Shown piece by piece: positions 18,207 to 26,387 of a stretch of DNA of 64,000 nucleotides. Under the pieces are notes generated by a model that made no database searches, had not been told where the DNA came from, and saw only the letters and a list, made by a program, of their open reading frames with translations. The first letter of the stretch is position 1, and every line of letters begins with the position of its first letter. Both the position numbers and the translations under genes were made by a program. Source of the stretch: an uncultured Gammaproteobacteria bacterium (GTDB lineage Bacteria; Patescibacteriota; Microgenomatia; UBA1406; GWC2-37-13); NCBI GenBank assembly GCA_964530005.1, contig CAZGZD010000001.1, forward strand, positions 33,541-97,540. The letters are read 5' to 3'.

Positions 18207-18800
18207 ATGTTAATGTCAAACGCAAATAATATGCCCTTGCCCTCGCAGTTTAGGTATAATATCCCCATGGTCCATACGATGAGTATTATATTCGCAATTC
18301 TTGCGATTCTAAGCTTCGCATTTGTCGCGACGACTATTGCCAGTGCCCTGAGCCAGAGATTCCTCAAATGCAAATGCTATACAAAATTAAAAGCACGCAT
18401 TCAACCATTTGCATACGAATTCGCATTCATAGTCGCGCTTGTCGCCACGCTTGGTAGCCTATTTTACTCGGATATTGCGCATTTCACCCCATGCAAGCTG
18501 TGCTGGTATCAACGAATCCTCATGTACCCACAGTCTCTGCTTCTGTACATAGCACTCATACGCCGCGAGCGATTCCTCAGTCCATACCTAAAGATCATAT
18601 CGGCCATCGGATTTGTGATCGCGAGCTACCACACGATCATCCAGTGGATTCCCCAATCGCCTTTCTTACCATGCTCTAAAGTAGCTGAATGCGGTAAGAT
18701 ATATTCCGCCACATTCGGATTCATCACGATTCCCTTTATGTCGATGTGCGCATTTGCACTCATCTTCACAATACTCACACTTTCGAAAAAAGATAAATAA
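18207..18800 (+). CDS. DsbB/BdbC family disulfide bond formation protein
   Basis: Four TM segments, with CKLCWYQRILMYP (CxxC in the first periplasmic loop) and a second Cys pair (PCSKVAECG). The true start may be an internal Met (MVHTMS). Confidence 0.7.
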   Translation: MLMSNANNMPLPSQFRYNIPMVHTMSIIFAILAILSFAFVATTIASALSQRFLKCKCYTKLKARIQPFAYEFAFIVALVATLGSLFYSDIAHFTPCKLCWYQRILMYPQSLLLYIALIRRERFLSPYLKIISAIGFVIASYHTIIQWIPQSPFLPCSKVAECGKIYSATFGFITIPFMSMCAFALIFTILTLSKKDK

Positions 18801-18828
18801 ACTCTTTTGCAACTTTCATCTTAAAAAA

Positions 18829-18955
18829 TCTCTTTTGCTACTTTTGAAGTAGTCTTGCGACTTGTGAAAGTAATATAGAGTCTGTTGCCGATAATATTGA
18901 AGGGTGTCCCGCGAGCTTCTTTGGGCAATGCGGGAGGGTGGCCCTCAAAATTGAG
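18829..18955 (+). repeat. Divergent copy A of a 4-copy structured intergenic element
   Basis: It shares the 5' arm ctcttttgctacttttg...cttgcgacttg and a 3' gggagggtggccctcaaaa with copies at 20128, 47935 and 54598. Its central insert is larger. Confidence 0.35.
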
Positions 18956-19079
18956 GCATTACAGATTCATATTACGAAACTCGGAGCAAGAACTTTAAAA
19001 GTAGGAAGTAAGCTATTAAAATTAAAATCATAATAATTCAATGATTTATCCCCATCCACCAGTATAATATCTACATATT

Positions 19080-19631
19080 ATGCTCAAAGTCGTACATGTC
19101 CCCAATGCTGTGCTTATAAAAAAAGCGGAGCCCGTGGGAAGAATCACAAAAAAAATACGAAAGATCGTGGCCGACATGGAGGTCGCGCTCGTCAACTATA
19201 GCGATCCGCCTGGTGTAGGCCTTGCTGCGCCCCAAGTGGGAATAGCACTTCGGATATTCTTGGTCAAGCCCACTCCAGATGATCCCACCGAAGTATTCAT
19301 AAATCCAATAATCCTAAAAAGCGAAGGTGACAAAATGCCCCTCAAAAGACCAAAAAAATCAAAAAATAAAAAAAAGCGTGGCGAGCTCGAAGGCTGCCTC
19401 TCGGTACCCCGAGTCTGGTCGCCGCTTAAACGCCCTCAGAAAGTACAAGTCCAATGGACTGACCTTGAAGGTCAAATACACACTGAGTGGTTCACCGGAT
19501 TCCGAGCCGTGATCGTGCAACACGAGACTGATCATATCGACGGGATTCTTTTTACGAGGCGCGCGCTTGAGCAAGGATCACAACTGTATCGGGAGAAAGA
19601 CGGAGAGCTTGAGAAGATTGATACTTTATAG
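19080..19631 (+). CDS. def: Peptide deformylase
   Basis: GVGLAAPQVG, EGCLSVP and HETDHIDG are the three PDF motifs. A Lys-rich insertion (KRPKKSKNKKKRG) sits before motif 2. Confidence 0.9.
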   Translation: MLKVVHVPNAVLIKKAEPVGRITKKIRKIVADMEVALVNYSDPPGVGLAAPQVGIALRIFLVKPTPDDPTEVFINPIILKSEGDKMPLKRPKKSKNKKKRGELEGCLSVPRVWSPLKRPQKVQVQWTDLEGQIHTEWFTGFRAVIVQHETDHIDGILFTRRALEQGSQLYREKDGELEKIDTL

Positions 19632-19639
19632 AATAGGAG

Positions 19640-19993
19640 TTAGTTTATTACTTTTGTGGGCGCAGCTTCTTCACTTAGCTGATCAATAATCTCTTCTGCA
19701 TTTTCCTCATCATTTTCAAGATCTGCAGGCTTGAAATGATAGTGGATGACATGCAAAAATGGCTTTTTGCCCTTGTCCATATCGTATTTGACACGCTTTA
19801 GGCACTTGGAGCAGACTTTGACTCGGAGCTCAACACCTGCTTCCATAATAGTTACTTTATGGAGATTGGGCTTGAAGACGCGCTTGGTCTTCTGAGCTCT
19901 TTTTTTCCAGCGACCTCCCGCTACTCCTCGATGATGAGTATGTGAAGTACCGTACATCGCGGTCTTGCCGCAGTGATAACATGCTACTGCCAT
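19640..19993 (-). CDS. rpmB: Ribosomal protein bL28 with an acidic C-terminal extension
   Basis: The ATG at 19993 gives MAVACYHCGKTAMYGTSHTH...FKPNLHKVTI...VCSKCLKR, an L28 pattern. The ORF-track start at 20017 is a TTG. Confidence 0.7.
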   Translation of the reverse strand: MAVACYHCGKTAMYGTSHTHHRGVAGGRWKKRAQKTKRVFKPNLHKVTIMEAGVELRVKVCSKCLKRVKYDMDKGKKPFLHVIHYHFKPADLENDEENAEEIIDQLSEEAAPTKVIN

Positions 19994-20127
19994 ATGATTT
20001 GATTGAGAATAAACCAAATCAGATTAATAGTTCTGACTCGATTAAGGTATAATAATATCAGAAGATTGCCTCAAAAACAATTCTAAATAGCTGGATTTAA
20101 GAAATTAGATTTACGATTTAAGAAAAA

Positions 20128-20236
20128 AACTCTTTTGTTATTTTTGTTTGTTTTTGCGACTTGGGAGGCCCGTCCTGAGCTAAGTCGAAGGATTGGAGGG
20201 AACCCACTGGAGTCAAAAATAAACAAAAGTAAAATC
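20128..20236 (+). repeat. Copy B of the structured intergenic element
   Basis: Sequence ctcttttgttatttttg...ttgcgacttgggaggcccg[tcctgagctaa]gtcgaaggattggagggaacccactggagtcaaaaataaacaaaagtaaaa. The T-rich 5' arm pairs with the A-rich 3' arm. Confidence 0.5.
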
Positions 20237-20263
20237 AGTATTTAAATACTATCTAAAATAAAT

Positions 20264-20911
20264 ATGCTTATTTTCCTCATCCTTCTCATCTTTTCAGTTA
20301 TATTGCATGAGATTGCTCACGGATTCGTGGCAGACCGCATGGGCGACCCGACAGCTCGCTTAGCCGGCCGCCTCACACTCAACCCAATCCCCCACATCGA
20401 TCCCATAGGTACTATCCTCCTTCCCCTTTTCCTCATTCTCACTAATGCTGGAATCCTTTTTGGCTGGGCAAAACCTGTGCCATTTGACCCTTTCAATCTG
20501 AAAAATCCCCGCCGCGACGCAGCGATCATATCACTTGCCGGACCTGCAACAAATCTAATAATTGCTATTATATCCTCGCTAATCATAAGGCTTATTCTGG
20601 GTACTCACGCGTCCGGAATCTCATTTTTAGTACCTATTTTGGCTGGACTACTTCAGATCAATATCGTACTCGGCATCTTCAACCTCCTCCCAGTATCCCC
20701 ACTAGATGGATTCAAAGTCGTAGGTGGCCTCTTATCTGATGAACAGGCTCGCAACTGGTATGGGCTCGAGCGATACGGGATGATATTTTTGCTTGCGCTT
20801 ATCTTCCCACTCCTGCCCGGTGGTGGCAGTATGCTGAGTGCGATCTTGGGACCAGCTGTAAACTTCATCTCTGGCCTTCTTCTCCCCAGCGGAATGATTG
20901 GTACAATCTAA
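20264..20911 (+). CDS. Site-2 protease family (peptidase M50) membrane metalloprotease
   Basis: HEIAHGFVA (HExxH) in TM1 and FNLLPVSPLDG (NxxPxxxLDG); polytopic. Confidence 0.85.
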   Translation: MLIFLILLIFSVILHEIAHGFVADRMGDPTARLAGRLTLNPIPHIDPIGTILLPLFLILTNAGILFGWAKPVPFDPFNLKNPRRDAAIISLAGPATNLIIAIISSLIIRLILGTHASGISFLVPILAGLLQINIVLGIFNLLPVSPLDGFKVVGGLLSDEQARNWYGLERYGMIFLLALIFPLLPGGGSMLSAILGPAVNFISGLLLPSGMIGTI

Positions 20912-20920
20912 TTGCTTCGC

Positions 20921-21766
20921 TTATGGAGTAGGTGTCGGACTTGCAGTTGCCTGCTGCCCGACTACTATCTTCAATCTACTGCTTAGATTCGACACCACGC
21001 CACAATTGACTGTGGCGACACGAATATTGTACTTCCTGCCTCGCTTGAAGTTGTAGCTCACTGTATTCGTACGCCCCTTTGATTCAGGCACACGACAGGC
21101 ATCACCGGTATTTAGCTGATTGCAATTTTTAAATGGATTGGAGACATCATCAATCACCGCCACACCTCCCTTTTGTCCAGCGGCAACTCGCCACTTTATG
21201 GAATGTGTACCAGGCGTCATATTGATCGTGCCTGATGAATTCGGACCTGCTGGGCTTGTAATTACCGGGGCTGTGCGAATAGGAGTGCAGTGGCCGGTAG
21301 GCCGTGGGATGGTGGTTGATGGGCCGACAGCATCGCCTCCAATGGGCAAATTAGTATTGGTTCTAGTAGGTGCAACCTGCGCATTTGTGGGGAAAAAACT
21401 TTGTGTAGGGCGAGGACGAGATATATCTACCAAATTAGTGTTGGCCCCAGATGAACAAATACGATTCACCTGATTTTTCAACTGCTCACAATATCCCTCA
21501 ACGTTTATGTGAGCTATATTGGCGCCATACCCTATACAGTCGTCATAAGCCCTTGCGGCCTGCTCAGCACATGTGCCTGTCGCCTCTGACTTAAATATCT
21601 GAGCTTTTTGTACTGCGATTACTGCTACTACGACGAGTATTGTAAGTATTGCGATAAATCCAAGACTTATTTGTCGCCGAGCTGAATAAGCAGTAGATGC
21701 TTGGCTCGTCTTTCTGGCCTTTCTATACCCTCTTGCCTTTTTTAAGCTTTTTTTTATACTTGCCAT
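20921..21766 (-). CDS. N-terminally membrane-anchored, Cys-containing surface protein (paralog family A)
   Basis: 281 aa. A basic N-terminus and TM helix are followed by QKAQIFKSEATGTC. The C-terminal domain VAVIDDVSNPFKNCNQLNTGDACRVPESKG is homologous to 17162..18175. Confidence 0.65.
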   Translation of the reverse strand: MASIKKSLKKARGYRKARKTSQASTAYSARRQISLGFIAILTILVVVAVIAVQKAQIFKSEATGTCAEQAARAYDDCIGYGANIAHINVEGYCEQLKNQVNRICSSGANTNLVDISRPRPTQSFFPTNAQVAPTRTNTNLPIGGDAVGPSTTIPRPTGHCTPIRTAPVITSPAGPNSSGTINMTPGTHSIKWRVAAGQKGGVAVIDDVSNPFKNCNQLNTGDACRVPESKGRTNTVSYNFKRGRKYNIRVATVNCGVVSNLSSRLKIVVGQQATASPTPTP

Positions 21767-21798
21767 TTAATAAAAAAATTGAATATAGAATCTATTCC

Positions 21799-22401
21799 TT
21801 ACGGAGTCGGGGTTACTTTATGCAAGCAGCGGCTGTAATCGGCTGTGGTACAACCTTTGCCAATAAGTGGCTTGATCGCTGTACAGTCGCTCTCCGTACA
21901 TACGGCTGGCTTCTCGCGAGTCACAGTCGATGTGGGGCTTGGCGAAGCAGAAGCTGAAGCTGGTGTGGCTGATGGAATCGGGAGAGTAGGATTGGTTGAT
22001 GTGGGCGAATCCACGCTTGTACTCTTTGTCGTAAACTGCCAGGGCACTCCGCCATTGTCATACTTGGTGTCTCCGATATACAGGTTGAAGTAGTAGGTCG
22101 TAGCCGATGACAAGAGAGTAAGGCTCACTGTGTGATCGCGCGTTGCTGACACCTCGGGCACTGTAAGACCAGTTGAAGTAGGAGACGTGCCATACTCGAT
22201 CCTGCCTTGAGAAGCTTCTTCTGTCGTCCACTTTATTGTCGCTGAATTCTGAGTCGTATCAGTCACGGTCACATCTGATGGATTAGTCGAAGCATGAGTA
22301 AGGTACTTTTGCACCAGCCCGAATCCAACAATGAGTACAAGGACTGACAATATGATCCCGACGACGATGGAGACTACTTTGAGGCTTTTTTGTTTGTCCA
22401 T
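21799..22401 (-). CDS. Membrane-anchored fibronectin type III domain protein with a Cys-rich C-terminus
   Basis: 200 aa with an N-terminal TM helix. The FN3-like stretch is DVTVTDTTQNSATIKWTTEEASQGRIEYGTS...YYFNLY, and the C-terminus is CTESDCTAIKPLIGKGCTTADYSRC. Confidence 0.6.
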   Translation of the reverse strand: MDKQKSLKVVSIVVGIILSVLVLIVGFGLVQKYLTHASTNPSDVTVTDTTQNSATIKWTTEEASQGRIEYGTSPTSTGLTVPEVSATRDHTVSLTLLSSATTYYFNLYIGDTKYDNGGVPWQFTTKSTSVDSPTSTNPTLPIPSATPASASASPSPTSTVTREKPAVCTESDCTAIKPLIGKGCTTADYSRCLHKVTPTP

Positions 22402-22417
22402 ATATGTGATGGTTACT

Positions 22418-23170
22418 TTACAATACGAATAATTTTAATGCAACTCCGATTCCAATGAATAATATTCCTGGCAGAGCAAACTTGGCTATATTATCAAGCG
22501 CCCCAGTACGAGGAAGTGCTGAGACTGTAGATTCTGGTCCACCAAGACCGCCCGATGCTGTACTATCTGTGATTCCATCCCCATTTGCATCAGTGTCTGT
22601 GGTGTCTGGAATTCCATCTCCATCGGTATCTGTCGTGTCGTCGTCTGTCGCGGCACCAATCGTGACACTGGCTGTGCCATTCTGGCCGCAGCTTATGATG
22701 TTGGTGGCATCGATATCATCTTTCTCGATTGTAGATGTATCTGACGAATTGCTTGAGTCACAGATAAATTCAAGCTTGGATGTGCCTTCTTTGACCCCTT
22801 TAAAGGTGATTGTAGCGACTGTGCCTTTTCCTGACTTGGCTGCTTCAGGGTCGTTGTTGAATCCAAAAAAGCTCACCCGACCAGACGTATCCTCATCGTC
22901 TGTGCTATCAGCGAAAAACGTACCATTCGCCGCGGATACGGGCTCAATAACCTCGCTATCGTAGCTTACGATCACAGTCGAGCTTGGCGATTTCTCGCTT
23001 CCTGTGTCAATCGTCACCTTTACGCTAAATGTCCCATCTACATTGGCGGTGACAGAGGTGGGATCAAAGTCTAAAAAAGCAGCATGCGCAGACTGCGCCA
23101 AAGCCCCAAATGCAAAAATAGCAAAGAAGATGAATAGTACGTGTATGTATACTTTCTGCATTGCTCTCAT
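22418..23170 (-). CDS. Cohesin-domain surface protein with TSP3-like Ca-binding repeats and an LPXTG sorting signal
   Basis: A signal peptide ends AQSAHA. A cohesin-like beta sandwich follows (FSVKVTIDTG...VSYDSEVIEPVS...ATITFKGVKEGTSKLEF). Then come DTDGDGIPDTTDTDANGDGITD and LPRTG plus a hydrophobic tail. Confidence 0.65.
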   Translation of the reverse strand: MRAMQKVYIHVLFIFFAIFAFGALAQSAHAAFLDFDPTSVTANVDGTFSVKVTIDTGSEKSPSSTVIVSYDSEVIEPVSAANGTFFADSTDDEDTSGRVSFFGFNNDPEAAKSGKGTVATITFKGVKEGTSKLEFICDSSNSSDTSTIEKDDIDATNIISCGQNGTASVTIGAATDDDTTDTDGDGIPDTTDTDANGDGITDSTASGGLGGPESTVSALPRTGALDNIAKFALPGILFIGIGVALKLFVL

Positions 23171-23183
23171 TCTCTATTATTTA

Positions 23184-23822
23184 TCAATAAATTTCAACTT
23201 CAATACTTGCAGATTTAGGTCGGACTACTGATTTATTGATATCTATCAACTTGGTTGTCTCGAGCCCCTGCTTGGGTAAGATACGCACCTTATATTTACC
23301 TTTTTTACGGGCTGCAAATGTAATGGCAAAGAGCTGATCTCCACCAAATATAGATTGTGTCTTGCTACTAATTTCTTTATAGCCTGTCACCGTGGCATAT
23401 CCCTTTGCATCACGAGGCAGAATTCTAAAATCCGCAATTGACGATGTCGCACCCACATAGGATAGCCCAGTCCCATCATAGCCAAATAGCACATCATACG
23501 CCACGATATCAAACTCAGCCGAATTCACACTCACCAAAAAGCTCACCTGGCGACCTACTGGGACCCGACTTGCACCACTTCCAAATACGATAGTAAATGC
23601 GCCTTTGTCGATCTTTTTAATAGCTGCCGCGACTTTTTTAAGAGGTGGAGGGGTCGAGGCTGTATCAGTCGGTACTGGTTTGTATGCAGATTTCTCCGTG
23701 GCGAGCTTAGCGCGATATACATATACCCCAAATCCCAGTATCACGATAAGCACAGATATGAAGGCGTAGAGCCCTATACGGCTACCTGTCTGTCGCGATA
23801 TGTGTGTGTCTGAATTATTCAT
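23184..23822 (-). CDS. Membrane-anchored cohesin-like domain protein
   Basis: 212 aa with an N-terminal TM helix. The pattern VSFLVSVNSAEFDIVAYDVLFGYDGTGLSYVG...LFAITFAARKKGKYKVRI is cohesin-like. Confidence 0.5.
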   Translation of the reverse strand: MNNSDTHISRQTGSRIGLYAFISVLIVILGFGVYVYRAKLATEKSAYKPVPTDTASTPPPLKKVAAAIKKIDKGAFTIVFGSGASRVPVGRQVSFLVSVNSAEFDIVAYDVLFGYDGTGLSYVGATSSIADFRILPRDAKGYATVTGYKEISSKTQSIFGGDQLFAITFAARKKGKYKVRILPKQGLETTKLIDINKSVVRPKSASIEVEIY

Positions 23823-23838
23823 ATTGAAATTTGAATTA

Positions 23839-25857
23839 TCACTCTTCTTCTAATTGTACTCCAGTGTAATTCTCATCCGCACGATACCTCTCAAGCCCTT
23901 GTATGACGAGGGAGAAATCCGCTGTATTCACCACTCCATCGAGGTTCAGATCAGCTACTTCAAGAGCATCAGACTCAGTCGAGCCAAGCGACTGGCGGAC
24001 ATTGGCCAGATCAAGCGAGTCTATCACGCCATCCTGGTCAGGTAGATCACCAGCGAACTGAGTAATTCCGTCAAAATCAAGTATATTTGCACCTCGCCCA
24101 AGCGTGATCCCACCAATTTGATGATCATCTTCGTCACGCTCACATATATAGAGATCATTTGTCGACGAACCCAGCGAATCAGCAGGCTGAGCATCACAGA
24201 TAAGCCGCTGCACGTGTTGTGGGCCTTTGATCGCGACTAAGTAGCCGCTACCTGATGCGACGCCTGCGAAGCGGGCTTCTCCCTCCCACCGCAGTGCATT
24301 CACTATACGAAAATCGACAGTCTTTGGCTCAAATACAGTATTTGATGGCGTATGAACAAGGGTGACTCGTGTCTTCTCGCTTAAGAACTTTTTGGAAGAT
24401 GTGGAATTGAGACCTTGGAACCTGAGGCTGATCTTGAGCGATGCTTCAATTGATGCGATGGGCTCTTCTGTGGGCTCTTCTGTAGGAGTACCTACTGCCG
24501 CGCACTTATTATCAATACACACCTTGGAACAGCACTGAGAGCCTGGATTTGACCCGCCATGCAGTCCACATTGTGTACCTTCTGCTTTACAGGCTCCACC
24601 AGTCGGCGTACCGCCTTTGTTCACGTCGCCTTTTATGGTGGCGGTCTTCGCATTCCCTTCCTTGCCACAGATATAGGCCTGTACTTTGATATTGTATGTC
24701 TTTTTATCTTTTACAGTAAGGGGCATTGATGTACCGGTGACATCGCGGGCTGTGCTATTTACTGTCACCTTGTACTTGGTCACCTTAGATACAGCGCTCC
24801 ATCTGAGCGTCTTCTCGCCTGGCTTGACAGTGCCTGATGGAGTGATTGAGCTTGGCTTCTGAGATACTGAGCAGTTGGCTGAAGATTTACCAGCAGGTGA
24901 TCCACTGGATCCGCCACCGTTATTCGCAGTCACACCAGTCCCCATCTGATTGTTGCCACCAAGCCCACCATCGTCAAATTGTGAAGGTGTGCTCGGGTCT
25001 GTACTTGCACCCCCACCTCCAGAACTCTTGCCTTTTGGAAAACCAGCAGCTACAGCTGCTTTACTGCAGCACTTCTTGCCATTCTTGCATGTTTTGGTTG
25101 AATTTCTTTGACCTGGATCACTTGCAGGTCCACATCTTTGCTCGGCAGGATTATAGCACTTTCCACCAGCTGGAGTGCATGTGTCAGTTCCACCTCCACC
25201 ACTACTTACGCAGTGACCGAGACTGGTATTACTAAAGCCACTACAACTTTGCCCTTGTGGGCAATCAGCTGACCTTCTACATTCAGCTCCCCCGCTCGGT
25301 CCGTTACTACTTGATCCACTTCCACTTGATTTTCGCACTACTTGAGCATGACCACTACCTGATCCATGCAAATAACAGCATTTTGAGGGTTCATTAGAGC
25401 TAGTTCTAGGACACCCCGCAGGGCCACTTGACAAAATTCTCCCAGGAGAAACACATCTATATGTATCTGGGTTAAAGCAGTTTCCTCTGAGTTCTTTATA
25501 GCAAGTGGAATTATGTGCGAGTGAAGTATAAGTCGGAGGGTTATTATTAGAACTACTACCTCCTCCGCCACCGCCTCCTCCGCCACTTGTAAGGCAGTCT
25601 GCAATACACCCTGCGACAGTACATGACGTCAGTGGAAGACCACACCTGGCGCAAAGCGCAGCACAAGCCGCTCTAGATGGAGCGCTTGCCTCAGACTTAT
25701 ATACCTGCCTCTGTTGAGTTGCAAAAATACCAATCCCTGTAAGCAGAATGAATAAAACTACAAAAAGCCCTTTGACACGATTATCAGATGCGAGACGGCG
25801 GAGAATAGACTGCCTCTTGGGTTTGGATTTGGCCTTATGCTTATGTGGATGTGCCAT
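23839..25857 (-). CDS. Large membrane-anchored Cys/Gly-rich surface protein with an FN3-like domain and a C-terminal dockerin
   Basis: 672 aa. A TM helix is followed by QQRQVYKSEASAPSRAAC. Poly-G tracts and many Cys residues are present. The C-terminal duplicated Ca-loop repeats GDLPDQDGVIDSLDLANV and ADLNLDGVVNTADFSLVIQGL are of dockerin type. Confidence 0.7.
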   Translation of the reverse strand: MAHPHKHKAKSKPKRQSILRRLASDNRVKGLFVVLFILLTGIGIFATQQRQVYKSEASAPSRAACAALCARCGLPLTSCTVAGCIADCLTSGGGGGGGGGSSSNNNPPTYTSLAHNSTCYKELRGNCFNPDTYRCVSPGRILSSGPAGCPRTSSNEPSKCCYLHGSGSGHAQVVRKSSGSGSSSNGPSGGAECRRSADCPQGQSCSGFSNTSLGHCVSSGGGGTDTCTPAGGKCYNPAEQRCGPASDPGQRNSTKTCKNGKKCCSKAAVAAGFPKGKSSGGGGASTDPSTPSQFDDGGLGGNNQMGTGVTANNGGGSSGSPAGKSSANCSVSQKPSSITPSGTVKPGEKTLRWSAVSKVTKYKVTVNSTARDVTGTSMPLTVKDKKTYNIKVQAYICGKEGNAKTATIKGDVNKGGTPTGGACKAEGTQCGLHGGSNPGSQCCSKVCIDNKCAAVGTPTEEPTEEPIASIEASLKISLRFQGLNSTSSKKFLSEKTRVTLVHTPSNTVFEPKTVDFRIVNALRWEGEARFAGVASGSGYLVAIKGPQHVQRLICDAQPADSLGSSTNDLYICERDEDDHQIGGITLGRGANILDFDGITQFAGDLPDQDGVIDSLDLANVRQSLGSTESDALEVADLNLDGVVNTADFSLVIQGLERYRADENYTGVQLEEE

Positions 25858-26077
25858 GGGATTATTTTGGATTTACACTCAGATTAGCACAGGCTTTTTA
25901 TACAGTCAACTCTAATATATACATATAGTATAAATGTAAAAATTAAAGATCAAAAATCAAAATGACAGATTAAAAATTAAAATATCAAAGCGTATTTCAT
26001 TTTTTTATATTGTTATGTTATTTAACATTTTGCAGTTTGCATTTTGATATACCATAAATTAGCTTGTTGTATTCTGC

Positions 26078-26106
26078 TTGACACATAGAAAGTAGTGGTA
26101 TATACT
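26078..26106 (+). promoter_or_regulatory. Promoter TTGACA, 17-nt spacer, TATACT, placed for a leaderless HTH gene
   Basis: -35 at 26078-26083 and -10 at 26101-26106. The ATG at 26114 lies 7 nt after the -10. Confidence 0.6.
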
Positions 26107-26113
26107 TCAGACC

Positions 26114-26332
26114 ATGTCGGACTCACTCAAAAGAAGCGCAAAAGTATCACTCTCCGATCTTCCAGATCTGATGACGATTCGAGAGGTAGCAGATCTCCTG
26201 CGTGTATCCCCACTTACCATAAAGCGCTGGGGCAAGCGCGGCAAGCTTCCGGCAATTCGTATCAACTCCCGTGGCGACCGTCGCTACAAAAAAGAGGTCG
26301 TCGAACGACTCCTAGGTGTAGAGCAAGAATAA
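26114..26332 (+). CDS. Excisionase/MerR-like helix-turn-helix DNA-binding protein
   Basis: 72 aa. MTIREVADLLRVSPLTIKRWGKRGKLPAIRI fits the HTH_17/excisionase-type motif. Confidence 0.8.
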   Translation: MSDSLKRSAKVSLSDLPDLMTIREVADLLRVSPLTIKRWGKRGKLPAIRINSRGDRRYKKEVVERLLGVEQE

Positions 26333-26373
26333 AGCCTCCATACTCAATTCTGCTTTAAATTAATCCTATAATA

Positions 26374-26382
26374 TGCTATAAT
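26374..26382 (+). promoter_or_regulatory. Extended -10 promoter TGcTATAAT
   Basis: TG at 26374-26375 and TATAAT at 26377-26382. The ATG at 26388 lies 5 nt after the -10, so the mRNA is probably leaderless. Confidence 0.5.
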
Positions 26383-26387
26383 TCCGC

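Noticed and set aside
22455-22964. Plus-strand ORF of 169 aa
   Set aside because: It is antisense to the cohesin/LPXTG protein gene, whose frame has a signal peptide, domain motifs and a sorting signal.
26095-26358. Alternative frame ORF of 87 aa overlapping the HTH gene
   Set aside because: The frame starting at 26114 gives a clear excisionase-type HTH and is correctly spaced from the promoter. The alternative frame is Arg/Ser-rich and featureless.
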